Shown: piece by piece, positions 17,379 through 26,810 of the stretch | Position numbering within the stretch: position 1 is the stretch's first letter | Layout of the letters: the number at the start of each line of letters is the position of its first letter | Assembly: GCA_041736175.1 (NCBI GenBank) | Contig: JBGSUI010000147.1 | Location: forward strand, 1 to 64,000 | Reading direction: 5' to 3' | DNA from: Oligoflexales bacterium | GTDB lineage: Bacteria > Bdellovibrionota_B > Oligoflexia > Oligoflexales > CAIYRB01 | DNA: 64,000 bases | The notes under the pieces: generated by a model | Told to the model about the DNA's origin: nothing | What the model saw: only the letters and a program-made list of their open reading frames with translations | The model's database searches: none | Made by a program: the position numbers and the translations under genes

Positions 17379-18095
17379 CTACACTTCTACATCCCATCCT
17401 TTAAGGACAAGAGTCTCGACGACATCATCGTCAAGACGGCGCACCTCCACATCCCAGGTCATGGCCTTTCTTAAGGAAGACCCGAGATCCTTGAGGAGCA
17501 TCGCCTGCACCTTTTGCGGCCCCAGGGACCGAATCCTTAGGTCCTTAAATCCCAAGCGTCGTTGATCCATAGGTGCCATCGCTTTATAGACACTTTCCTT
17601 GGCTGAAAAGATCACAGTGAGTGCCTCTTCCCTTGATGAGGGATGGGCAACTGCTAAATCCGTGAGTTCGTCCGCTTCGCTGCAGACCTGCTGGATAAAC
17701 GGCTCCGTAACTTCTCTCATCCTACGCTCCACATCAATCCCGAGCCAGATCACATTGGATCTTCGTCCTACGACTGCGGTCGCAAGACGATCGGTGTGGG
17801 AAATCGATCCCATCAATCCAGAGGGCCAGATCGGAATGCGGTCTTGGTCCATCGGCACGGGCGGAATCGGCTTAAGAAAACCGAGGCTTTCTAAAGCACG
17901 TTTAACACAGAGGCGTCCGCATAAAAATTCGATCTGCCGCTTTTTGACGGCACCTTTAAGGGCGACAGGAAGTTCTACGTCTTCGAACCTAAAATCGCTG
18001 ATCTCCATTTCTGTGACATCAATAGGCATGGTTCCTTGGAAAACCCCATGGGCCAACCTTCTCATGCTGGGGGCGTTTAGCTTGCTAAAGTCCAT
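17379..18095 (-). CDS. 4'-phosphopantetheinyl transferase (EntD-like)
   Basis: KRQIEFLCGR, PIWPSGLMGSISHT, GIDVE, FSAKESVYKA. ATG 18095 follows AGGTAGGA. Divergent from the PKS-NRPS. Confidence 0.92.
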   Translation of the reverse strand: MDFSKLNAPSMRRLAHGVFQGTMPIDVTEMEISDFRFEDVELPVALKGAVKKRQIEFLCGRLCVKRALESLGFLKPIPPVPMDQDRIPIWPSGLMGSISHTDRLATAVVGRRSNVIWLGIDVERRMREVTEPFIQQVCSEADELTDLAVAHPSSREEALTVIFSAKESVYKAMAPMDQRRLGFKDLRIRSLGPQKVQAMLLKDLGSSLRKAMTWDVEVRRLDDDVVETLVLKGWDVEV

Positions 18096-18230
18096 CGATC
18101 CTACCTGAGGGATAAGAAAACTCTTGTTTGCAATGATGATCATCCTATGTGTTAGTTTACCGCTAACCGCCAACCTTGCCCTTAAAGAATATACAACAAC
18201 TCAATACTATTAAGAATTATTAAGACCCTC

Positions 18231-18257
18231 TCAAGCCTCATAAGTTCCTTCCGATGG
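18231..18257 (+). promoter_or_regulatory. Putative sigma28 (FliA)-type promoter
   Basis: TCAA-N15-TCCGATGG, about 50 nt upstream of the PKS-NRPS ATG (consensus TAAA-N15-GCCGATAA). Confidence 0.4.
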
Positions 18258-18308
18258 ATCTTCAGCAGCAGTAAGTATGCCGTAAGGCGAACTATGTGAG
18301 GAAACTTA

Positions 18309-21300
18309 ATGACAGACAATAAAAAAATCCCCCTTCCTCTCTTGCAAGAGATCTTTTCAAAACAAGCGGATATTTTTAAGGATCAACTCCAACTACTCCG
18401 GGAATTTGCGAGCAGCCAAGCACCCACCCAACACCAGTCGACACTCCCTGACCAAAGATCGTTAGCTCACGCCTCTCTGAGCCCTCCACAACAAACCCGT
18501 GAATCAATCAAAATAGCGGTCATCGGGATGGCAGGTCGTTTTCCGGGGGCGCGCAATGTGGGGGAGTTCTGGAAAAACCTCAACGCTGGTATCGAGTCCA
18601 TCACCACCTTTCGGCCCGAGGAGATTGATCTCGCGGTCCCAGCCGAAGAACGCCTCCATCCCCAATATGGCCACTCACGGGGAATCTTAGAGGACGCAGA
18701 CAAGTTTGATGCGGAATTTTTTAGAATCAGTCCGCGAGAGGCTAAACTGATCGACCCACAACAAAGGATTTTTTTAGAAGTCTCCTACGAAGCCCTCCAA
18801 GACGCGGGCTATGACCCCGATCAGTACAAGGGCGAAATAGGCGTCTATGGCGGTGTTGGGGATAACTTTTACCATATCAACAACGTCCTCGACAAAAAAG
18901 ACCTGATCAACAAAGTAGGCAGCCTCACCACGACCGTGGGTAATATGAAAGATTATGCTGCCACCCGCGTCTCCTATAAACTCAACCTCAAAGGCCCTAG
19001 CATCAGCCTTAATACCGCCTGCTCCACCTCCTTAGTGGCCATCGACCAGGCGGTGCTGGGGCTACGGAATTTTACCTGTGATATGGCCCTTGCCGGAGCT
19101 AGCTCCATCTACGTCCCACAAAAAGCTGGATTTATGTTTGGTCCTGGCTCACCCTTTTCAAGCGATGGCCATATAAAGCCCTTTAGCAGCGATGCTACCG
19201 GCGTGATGTTTAGTGATGGTGCTGGGATGGTGGTCCTTAAACGTTTAGACGACGCCATCCGTGACCGCGATCATGTCTACGGTGTGATTATAGGGAGCGC
19301 TCTCAACAACGATGGCACTGACAAGATGAGTTTCTTTGCTCCTAGCTCCGAGGGGCAGTGCAAGGTAATCTCCAAAGCATTGCGTGATGCTGGGGTCTCA
19401 GCAGAAACCCTCTCCTTTGTGGAAGCCCATGCGACGGGGACCATGCTCGGTGACCCGGTCGAGTTTGAGGGTCTTAAGGCAGCTTTTGCACCCTATACCC
19501 AAAAAAAGAATTTTTGTGCGATCGGCGCCTATAAGGCTAATGTAGGTCATGTGGATGCAGCTGCCGGTGTGGCTGGACTGATCAAAGCCCTGTTAGCTCT
19601 TAAGTACAAAAATCTGCCACGCAACATCAACTTTACCAGCGCCAATCCCGAAATCAATCTAGCGGATTCACCGTTTTTTATTCCAGTAAACCCCGTACCC
19701 TTAAAAAATCCCCATGGCCCTCTGCGCGCGGGGGTAAGTGCCTTTGGGTTTGGTGGCACCAATGCCCATGTAATCATCGAAGAGTCTCCTCCCGCCGCCC
19801 CATCAGTACAGACAAAACCCCTTTGTCTGCTGCTTCTTTCTGCAGAAACCGACGCAGCTTGGCACCGAAACGCTGGCGAATTAGCCCGCCACCTCAAGGA
19901 GCACCCCGAAACCGCACTTGCCGATGTTGAGTATACCTTAGCCCTAGGGCGCAAGGGGTTTTCTAAACGAAGCTATATTGTGGCAAAAGATCGCAACGAA
20001 GCCTTAGCTCTCCTGGAGCAAAGTCCTTCCCAAAATCCCCTTCATCCCCTCAGTCCTGTCGACAAGCACCAGCAAAAACCACCCCTGGCCTTTATGTTTC
20101 CTGGCCAAGGCACCCAGTCCCTTGACATGGGGCGCGGCCTTTATGAGTCCTCTCAAAAGTTTCGAGATACGGTGGACCGTTGCTCTGAGATCTTGCGCCC
20201 GCTGATTGCTGGAGATCTTAGAGAAATCATCTATCCTGGACCAAACGGTCGAAGAGAGGCTGAGGAACGATTGGAGCAAACGGTTTTTGCCCAGCCGGCT
20301 CTGTTTGTGATCCAGTATGCCATGGTCCAAGTGTTTCTTGATCTTGGCCTCAAGCCTGATGCGCTCGTCGGACATAGCCTTGGGGAAATAACCTGCGCCA
20401 CCCTAAGCAGCGTCTTGTCTCTTGAAGATGCCCTGTTTTTAGTGGCAGAGCGGGGACGACTTATGCAAAAAATGGCTCCAGGGTCGATGCTATCGGTGAA
20501 TCTTAGCCATGATGACGTCCTAAAACTTCTGGACGACACAATTTCGGTTGCTGCCATCAACGGTCCTAAACAGTGCGTCCTATCGGGCTCTCAATCATCT
20601 CTGGACCGGATTAGGAGAGATCTTGAACATAAGGGAATCGGCTGTCGATCCCTCAAGACCTCCCATGGTTTCCACTCTCCTACAGTTGATTCTATCCGAG
20701 ATGATTTCTTGAAAGCCTGCTCAAAAATAACCTTTCACCCACCTCGCATTCCCTATGTCTCCACCTTGACCGCTGCATGGATTACTCCTGGAGAGGCTCA
20801 AAATCCATCCTATTGGTTCCAACATATGCGCCAACCCGTTCGCTTCTATGATAGCGTCAAGGCTCTATGGGCCCGTGACCCTTACTTGCTTATCGAACTC
20901 GGACCACGGGAGACCGCCTCGCTCCTCGCACGCAAAGCATCCACCGACCCTGACCGGTATCGGGCGATACCGACGCTGGTTGGGGACGATAGCTACCGAT
21001 CGTTTGCAGAGGCTATCGGACAGCTTTGGACGACTGGCCTTGAGATCAACTGGCAAAAGTTTTTCGCGCCAGATGTCCGAAATCGAGTGTCTCTACCGAC
21101 CTATTCCTTCGAAAAAGTCAGTCATTGGCTGGAAACGATTCCCGCTGATCCGGTGCCCCAGACCCATAATTTAACAGACCTGGCAAGTTACAAGCAGAGT
21201 AAACAAATCTCTCATCTAGATATTTCTGACCCTCCCCCAAGCTCTACTCCCACAAGATCCTCGACCACTGCGTCCTCTAGGAGCACTGCGGTCGCTGACA

Positions 21301-24300
21301 GTCTTAAAGAATCCGTGCGGGCCCTGTTTTTAGAGGCTGCGGGAATTTCCATCCCGGCTGCTAGAGAAAAAGTTGGATTCCTTGAACTTGGGTTCGACTC
21401 CTTAAGCCTCGCCCAGGTATCAGCTGGTCTCAAGCGAAATTTTTCTGTAGAGATTCCCTATGGAAAGATTATTAGAGACAAGAATACCTTTGAAAAACTC
21501 ACCCAGTATCTTTCCACTGAGATGGGAAACACTCTCCACACGTCCAGTTCGCCTACTATTGGAGGGATTTCCACCCAACCGATCCTTGAAGATCAAGCAT
21601 ATCCCGTGTCCTTTAGCCAAAGGCGCATGTGGATGCATGCGCAGATTGCGCCTAAGGCGACGACTTATCATATCCCTCTTTATTTTTCCATTAAAGGCAG
21701 GCTCCACACCGACCGTTTTCGCCAAAGCATCGAGCATTGTGTAGGACGCCACCATATTCTCAGATCCACCTACCATTTAGAAAATGGCAATATCGTCCAA
21801 AAGTTTAGTTCGAAAATCCCCCTCGCCTACACGGAAGTCGACTTATCCTCCCACGGCATAGCAGGCGCTAAGGACCAACTAGAAGCCCTTCTGATTAAGT
21901 ACGCGCGCATTCCCTTTCAGCTCGACCGCGAGTCCATGATTCGTTTTTATCTTTTCAAGCTAGCTCCTGACCTTTATGTGTTTTTTCTAAACGCCCATCA
22001 TATTTTGTTTGACCTGGTCTCCATCCAGACCTTTCTAACTGAGGTCGGTCAGACCTATAAAAGCTTGGCATCCGGAGCCACTCTTGATAAGGACAAAGCG
22101 GCAGTCCAATATATCGATTTTGTCCACTGGCAGCAAAATTGGGCCCAAAGCGGCGCTATGGACAAACAAATCGCCTATTGGCGGGAGCAATTAGGATCGT
22201 CGCCCCTTCCCGTCCTCTCGATGCCAACATTCACACCGAGACCTGCGGTGCAACCTGAGATTGATAGCAACTTTAGCTTTAAAATCGAAAAAGCTCCCCT
22301 TCGGGCCCTACTCGACCAAACAACCCAATGGGGAGCCACCCCGTTTACCCTCCTCCTCGCAACCTACAATTGTTTTTTGATGAGTGTAACGGGACAGCGA
22401 TCCCTCGTGGTGGGCACTCCCATTGCCAACCGCTCCCATCCAGAAACCAAGAATACGATTGGTTTCTTTGCCAACACCTTAGCCCTTAAGAGCACCGCTC
22501 AGGAAGCGCAGACTTTTCGCGAATTCCTCATTCAAACTCGAGATCAGATGTTGACTGCTTTCGAACACCAAGACGCCCCGATCGACGAAGTGATTCGCCA
22601 GCTCCCTCTCGATCGCAACCTCCCATTTAATCCCTTGTTTCAGACTTTTTTGTCTTTTGAAAAGGTTCGCAGCGAAACCTATACCATGGGCGATCTTTCT
22701 ATGGACTTTATGGGGGATATCTCCCGCGCGGCGCCTGCAACAGACCTTAACATCTGGATAGAGGATCATGACGGGCATTTTGCTTTGACTGTAGAATACA
22801 GCAAATTACTTTTTGAACCAGATACCGTAAAGACTCTCTTTGCTCGTTTTGAGGAAATACTCAGATACCTTGCCTCTTCCCCAAACCTACCCCTGAGGGA
22901 TCTCTTTCGAGTGTTTCCTGACTTTCATGGAAAATCCTCTGAGGCTTCCGTTGGACTCCCAACAGCAAGTCTCCCACTGCAGGATCCTAAAAAGGGGGAA
23001 CAATTATTTGCTACCATCGTCTGTGATATTTTGGGGATCTCTAAACTCGACTGGAATGCTAGTTTTCACTACCAAGGCGGGCATTCGCTCCTTGCTGTTC
23101 GCTTGGTGGAACAAATCAAAATCCACTTTGGTGTTGCGACCGAATTACGTGAACTCCTCCAGATGCCTACTATCCGAGCCCTCTGGCAAAATATCCAAGG
23201 AGCCCAAGGGGCTGCAATACCCGGTGCCGTGGCCTCCAAAAAAGCCCCGAGCGAGTCCAATCGCGATTCGATTCATCACCTGGTATCCCGCGCCTGTAAA
23301 TCCTACAGTGCTAAAACCGCGATCCGCTACCGGCAAAAGACTCTTAGCTACGGTGATTTGGACCGCAGATCCAACCAGGTCGCCCGCTACCTTCAAGCCG
23401 CAGGAGTGGGTTCCGGAGGAATCGTCGGGATAGCCATGGATCGGTCGATCGAGCTTATCGTTGGCATGCTTGGGATCTTAAAAGCCGGAGCTGCTTACCT
23501 GCCTATGGATCCTGCCTACCCGACTGATCGGCTAGTTTATATGGCGGAGAATTCCGACTTAAAGATTATCCTCAGTGAAGAAGAGTATGCTGAGACTCTC
23601 AATATGCCTTCCACAGTACGGATGATCGCCATGGACGGCGAGGCAGACGGGATTAGAAAGTGTAGCGATGCGCCTCTCGACGTGACCCTTGAGATGGGCA
23701 GTCTTGCCTATGTGATCTACACCTCTGGATCTACCGGCAAACCCAAGGGAGTGCAGATTCCCCATAGCTCCGCGGTGACCTTTCTGCGTTCGATGGGTCA
23801 GGCGATCTCTTTTCAAGAGAGTGATGTCCTTATGGCCTTGACGACAATCTGTTTTGATATTTCCGTACTGGAAATCTTTTTGACCTTGGCCACAGGAGCA
23901 ACCCTTGTCTTAATGGATTCGGAAAATGCTCTCGATGGCAGAAAGCTGGCCCAAACGATAGATGAGCTGGGAGTCAGCATCTTTCAAGCGACCCCTTCAG
24001 GATGGAGGATCCTGGTCGAAGGCGGTTGGAAAGGTTCACCCAAATTGACGGGGCTCTGTGGTGGAGAGGCCTTCCCTCGGGATCTCGCTGCTAAGCTGAT
24101 TCCCTTGGTTAAAGTCGTCTATAACGTTTATGGTCCGACTGAGGCTACGGTTTGGGCCACTTACAACCCTGTTCTTAAACCCGAAGACCACAAGTTTATC
24201 GGCAAACCCCTTGACGGTTACCGAATATTTATCGTCGACGAAAAATTAAATCCTGTCCCACAAGGCGAGATTGGTGACTTGTATATCGGCGGCCAAGCTC

Positions 24301-25043
24301 TTGCTCGTGGCTATATGAATCGCCCCGATCTTACTGCCGAGCGGTTTATAGCGAGCCCCTTTCATCCTGGAGAAAAGATTTATCAGACAGGTGATCGCGC
24401 TCGTTTCACTGAGACTGGGGTGATCGAGTACATCTCACGGGCTGATGACCAAGTTAAAATACGTGGATTTCGTATTGAATTAGGAGAAATAGAATCCGTC
24501 GCCAATATGTTCCCACCTTTAAAGCTGTCAGCGGCTATCGTCCACGAGTATGCTCCCGGAGATCAGAGGATAGTCCTTTTTATCAGCCCTCGTGATGGTC
24601 AAACCTTGATCGAGCATGAACTTAAAGAGTTTATGAGGAAGAGTCTTCCAGATTATTTTATCCCAAATGTGTTCAAGATGCTTGACGTGATCCCGCTGAC
24701 TCAAAATGGCAAAATCGACAAGAAGAGTTTGAAAGCACTGTGCGTAGCAGAGAGCAGCGAAAGAGCTACAAAAAAAGAGCGCGTCCAATCGGCTGAAGAA
24801 CTCCTTGAGACCATGTGGAAATCCCAACTCAAGGTCGATAGAATTAACCGAGAGCTGAATTTCTTTCAGGCGGGAGGCTACTCACTCCTTGGGATCATCC
24901 TAGCTAAGGAGATCACTGAGGCGACCGGACATACAGTGACCCTTGCTGATCTTTTGACCTTGACCTTTGAGCAGCTGGTCTACCGGATTGACCAGGAGAT
25001 TCGCGATAGGGAGAATCCAAGTGAGCTAAGAAAGGCTAGGTGA
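18309..25043 (+). CDS. Hybrid type I PKS-NRPS, KS-AT-ACP-C-T-A-T
   Basis: KS: TACSTS, EAHATGT, NVGH. AT: GHSLG, HGFHS. ACP: LGFDSL. C: HHILFD. T: GGHSL. A: YTSGSTGKPKG, YGPTE, TGD, QVKIRGFRIELGEIE, NGKIDK. Terminal T: GGYSL. No KR, DH, TE or reductase domain seen. Confidence 0.95.
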   Translation: MTDNKKIPLPLLQEIFSKQADIFKDQLQLLREFASSQAPTQHQSTLPDQRSLAHASLSPPQQTRESIKIAVIGMAGRFPGARNVGEFWKNLNAGIESITTFRPEEIDLAVPAEERLHPQYGHSRGILEDADKFDAEFFRISPREAKLIDPQQRIFLEVSYEALQDAGYDPDQYKGEIGVYGGVGDNFYHINNVLDKKDLINKVGSLTTTVGNMKDYAATRVSYKLNLKGPSISLNTACSTSLVAIDQAVLGLRNFTCDMALAGASSIYVPQKAGFMFGPGSPFSSDGHIKPFSSDATGVMFSDGAGMVVLKRLDDAIRDRDHVYGVIIGSALNNDGTDKMSFFAPSSEGQCKVISKALRDAGVSAETLSFVEAHATGTMLGDPVEFEGLKAAFAPYTQKKNFCAIGAYKANVGHVDAAAGVAGLIKALLALKYKNLPRNINFTSANPEINLADSPFFIPVNPVPLKNPHGPLRAGVSAFGFGGTNAHVIIEESPPAAPSVQTKPLCLLLLSAETDAAWHRNAGELARHLKEHPETALADVEYTLALGRKGFSKRSYIVAKDRNEALALLEQSPSQNPLHPLSPVDKHQQKPPLAFMFPGQGTQSLDMGRGLYESSQKFRDTVDRCSEILRPLIAGDLREIIYPGPNGRREAEERLEQTVFAQPALFVIQYAMVQVFLDLGLKPDALVGHSLGEITCATLSSVLSLEDALFLVAERGRLMQKMAPGSMLSVNLSHDDVLKLLDDTISVAAINGPKQCVLSGSQSSLDRIRRDLEHKGIGCRSLKTSHGFHSPTVDSIRDDFLKACSKITFHPPRIPYVSTLTAAWITPGEAQNPSYWFQHMRQPVRFYDSVKALWARDPYLLIELGPRETASLLARKASTDPDRYRAIPTLVGDDSYRSFAEAIGQLWTTGLEINWQKFFAPDVRNRVSLPTYSFEKVSHWLETIPADPVPQTHNLTDLASYKQSKQISHLDISDPPPSSTPTRSSTTASSRSTAVADSLKESVRALFLEAAGISIPAAREKVGFLELGFDSLSLAQVSAGLKRNFSVEIPYGKIIRDKNTFEKLTQYLSTEMGNTLHTSSSPTIGGISTQPILEDQAYPVSFSQRRMWMHAQIAPKATTYHIPLYFSIKGRLHTDRFRQSIEHCVGRHHILRSTYHLENGNIVQKFSSKIPLAYTEVDLSSHGIAGAKDQLEALLIKYARIPFQLDRESMIRFYLFKLAPDLYVFFLNAHHILFDLVSIQTFLTEVGQTYKSLASGATLDKDKAAVQYIDFVHWQQNWAQSGAMDKQIAYWREQLGSSPLPVLSMPTFTPRPAVQPEIDSNFSFKIEKAPLRALLDQTTQWGATPFTLLLATYNCFLMSVTGQRSLVVGTPIANRSHPETKNTIGFFANTLALKSTAQEAQTFREFLIQTRDQMLTAFEHQDAPIDEVIRQLPLDRNLPFNPLFQTFLSFEKVRSETYTMGDLSMDFMGDISRAAPATDLNIWIEDHDGHFALTVEYSKLLFEPDTVKTLFARFEEILRYLASSPNLPLRDLFRVFPDFHGKSSEASVGLPTASLPLQDPKKGEQLFATIVCDILGISKLDWNASFHYQGGHSLLAVRLVEQIKIHFGVATELRELLQMPTIRALWQNIQGAQGAAIPGAVASKKAPSESNRDSIHHLVSRACKSYSAKTAIRYRQKTLSYGDLDRRSNQVARYLQAAGVGSGGIVGIAMDRSIELIVGMLGILKAGAAYLPMDPAYPTDRLVYMAENSDLKIILSEEEYAETLNMPSTVRMIAMDGEADGIRKCSDAPLDVTLEMGSLAYVIYTSGSTGKPKGVQIPHSSAVTFLRSMGQAISFQESDVLMALTTICFDISVLEIFLTLATGATLVLMDSENALDGRKLAQTIDELGVSIFQATPSGWRILVEGGWKGSPKLTGLCGGEAFPRDLAAKLIPLVKVVYNVYGPTEATVWATYNPVLKPEDHKFIGKPLDGYRIFIVDEKLNPVPQGEIGDLYIGGQALARGYMNRPDLTAERFIASPFHPGEKIYQTGDRARFTETGVIEYISRADDQVKIRGFRIELGEIESVANMFPPLKLSAAIVHEYAPGDQRIVLFISPRDGQTLIEHELKEFMRKSLPDYFIPNVFKMLDVIPLTQNGKIDKKSLKALCVAESSERATKKERVQSAEELLETMWKSQLKVDRINRELNFFQAGGYSLLGIILAKEITEATGHTVTLADLLTLTFEQLVYRIDQEIRDRENPSELRKAR

Positions 25044-25047
25044 TCCT

Positions 25048-25854
25048 ATGACTGCTTTCCAACCCGAAGAGCCTTTTTTCTTTCCTTCAAACGAAAAGGA
25101 AATCTTTGCTCTGCTAGGAACACCAGGTGGATCCGTGGATCTGCGCGAAGGCGTGATCATCTGTTCACCTGCGCCCTTTGAGCTTAAAAAATTCCACTGG
25201 ACGATGAGGCAGATCGCACAATCCTTGCAGTCTTACGGATTCCATACCCTTAGGTTTGACTACTTTGCGAGCGGTGACTCCCAGGGCGAAAGCCGGCATT
25301 TTAATCTTGAAGATAGCCGTGTCAATATTCAAGATGCGGTTCGCTATCTAAAGAGCAGCGGCTTCGTGCGACGCATCACCTTGGTAGCCGTGCGGCTTGG
25401 CTGTCCCCTTGCGCTTGCTGCCTGCGAGGTGGAACGGGTCAAACGGATCGTCCTAATCGATCCTGTCTGTAGCGGCCAAGAGTATCTAGATGAGACTCAA
25501 TCAATGCATGAAAATCTTGTGGCTTTTCACAAGATCAAAATCCCCAACTTATTGGAAGGAAATCCAAAAACCCAACGTCTCGGGTTTCCCCACGACGTGA
25601 CCCTTGCTTGGCAAACTCAGCAGATTGACAGCACTCGCACCCGCGCCAAAACCAAAGCAGTCACTGTGATTACTACAAAAGACAGCCCTGGAAACCCCCC
25701 CCTTTCTGCGGCACTTGCAAACCAATTAGAAGACGTAAAACATATAGAACTGGAAGAAAACCTCCGTTGGGGACAGGCCGAAGCCCTATTTATACAGGAT
25801 TTCCCCAACAAGTTGATCCGAACAGTGGTGGATTCCGTGCGAGGATTAGGATGA
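25048..25854 (+). CDS. Alpha/beta hydrolase-fold protein lacking catalytic Ser (exosortase-A-associated hydrolase 2-like)
   Basis: LRFDYFASGDSQGE. The nucleophile elbow reads AVRLG instead of GxSxG. Confidence 0.75.
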   Translation: MTAFQPEEPFFFPSNEKEIFALLGTPGGSVDLREGVIICSPAPFELKKFHWTMRQIAQSLQSYGFHTLRFDYFASGDSQGESRHFNLEDSRVNIQDAVRYLKSSGFVRRITLVAVRLGCPLALAACEVERVKRIVLIDPVCSGQEYLDETQSMHENLVAFHKIKIPNLLEGNPKTQRLGFPHDVTLAWQTQQIDSTRTRAKTKAVTVITTKDSPGNPPLSAALANQLEDVKHIELEENLRWGQAEALFIQDFPNKLIRTVVDSVRGLG

Positions 25855-26717
25855 AACAGCAAGCCGTCCGTTTCGGGACCCATCGGGAAATGATAGGAAT
25901 CTTGGCTTCTGCCGATGGCCAAAGGCCCCTCGGCGAAAGAGTTGTGCTCACCTGGAACACTGGGATTTCCCACCATATCGGCCCCCATCGCCTTGCTGTT
26001 GATATTTCCCATAGCCTTACCCGAGTGGGGCTACCTGTCTTTCGCTTTGACTTAAGTGGTCGTGGCGACAGTCTCCCCCGTCGCGGAAGCCCCGCTTCAG
26101 CCCTGATGAATGTTCAAGAAGCTATGGATTTTTTGCAGGAGAAATGGGGTTTTCGGCAGTTTATTCTCCATGGACTCTGCTCCGGAGCGGTGGAAGCCCA
26201 CGACGTCGCTCGTGCTGATAAGCGAGTGATCGGCCTGTCTATGGTGGATACCTATGCTTATCCTGTTGGGGATTTTCGACTCCATTATATACTTAAAAGG
26301 CTCCGCTATCCGTCCATCATCATCCGAAAAATAAAAACGATGCTAACCGACGCAAAGCCTACGAAAGAAAGCGAAAGCCTCAAAGATCAATATTTTGTAC
26401 CTTTCCCCCCTCTAGAAAAAGTCCGTGAGGATTTCCAGGATTTTGTTTCCCGCAGAATGCCCTGTCTAGTCATCTATACCAGTGGATACGACTATGTTTA
26501 CAATTATCACAATCAATTTTTCGATATGCTAAAAGGCATCCCTGTTCGTCCCATCCTAACTTTGGAACGGTTTACAGAGGCTGATCATCTTTTTACGTAC
26601 CTTGATCAGCGTTACCGCTTTATGGAAACTCTTTGCACCTGGATACTCCACAATTTTGTTGAGGAGTCGCAGAGGAGCCGTGTTGATTTGGTTGGTTTGG
26701 ACCTAGCGATAAGCTAA
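25851..26717 (+). CDS. Alpha/beta hydrolase-fold protein with Cys nucleophile (exosortase-A-associated hydrolase 1-like)
   Basis: HIGPHRL, FRFDLSGRGDS, GLCSG elbow, ADHLF. ATG 25851 overlaps the upstream stop (ATGA). Confidence 0.78.
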   Translation: MKQQAVRFGTHREMIGILASADGQRPLGERVVLTWNTGISHHIGPHRLAVDISHSLTRVGLPVFRFDLSGRGDSLPRRGSPASALMNVQEAMDFLQEKWGFRQFILHGLCSGAVEAHDVARADKRVIGLSMVDTYAYPVGDFRLHYILKRLRYPSIIIRKIKTMLTDAKPTKESESLKDQYFVPFPPLEKVREDFQDFVSRRMPCLVIYTSGYDYVYNYHNQFFDMLKGIPVRPILTLERFTEADHLFTYLDQRYRFMETLCTWILHNFVEESQRSRVDLVGLDLAIS

Positions 26718-26810
26718 CCCACCGCTTCCGGCTATTGGAGGGTTAGGTCCGCTATTTCAATACGAATTTTCTTGCCATGATTAGGATCTGCCTCTATTCT
26801 CACGATAAGG

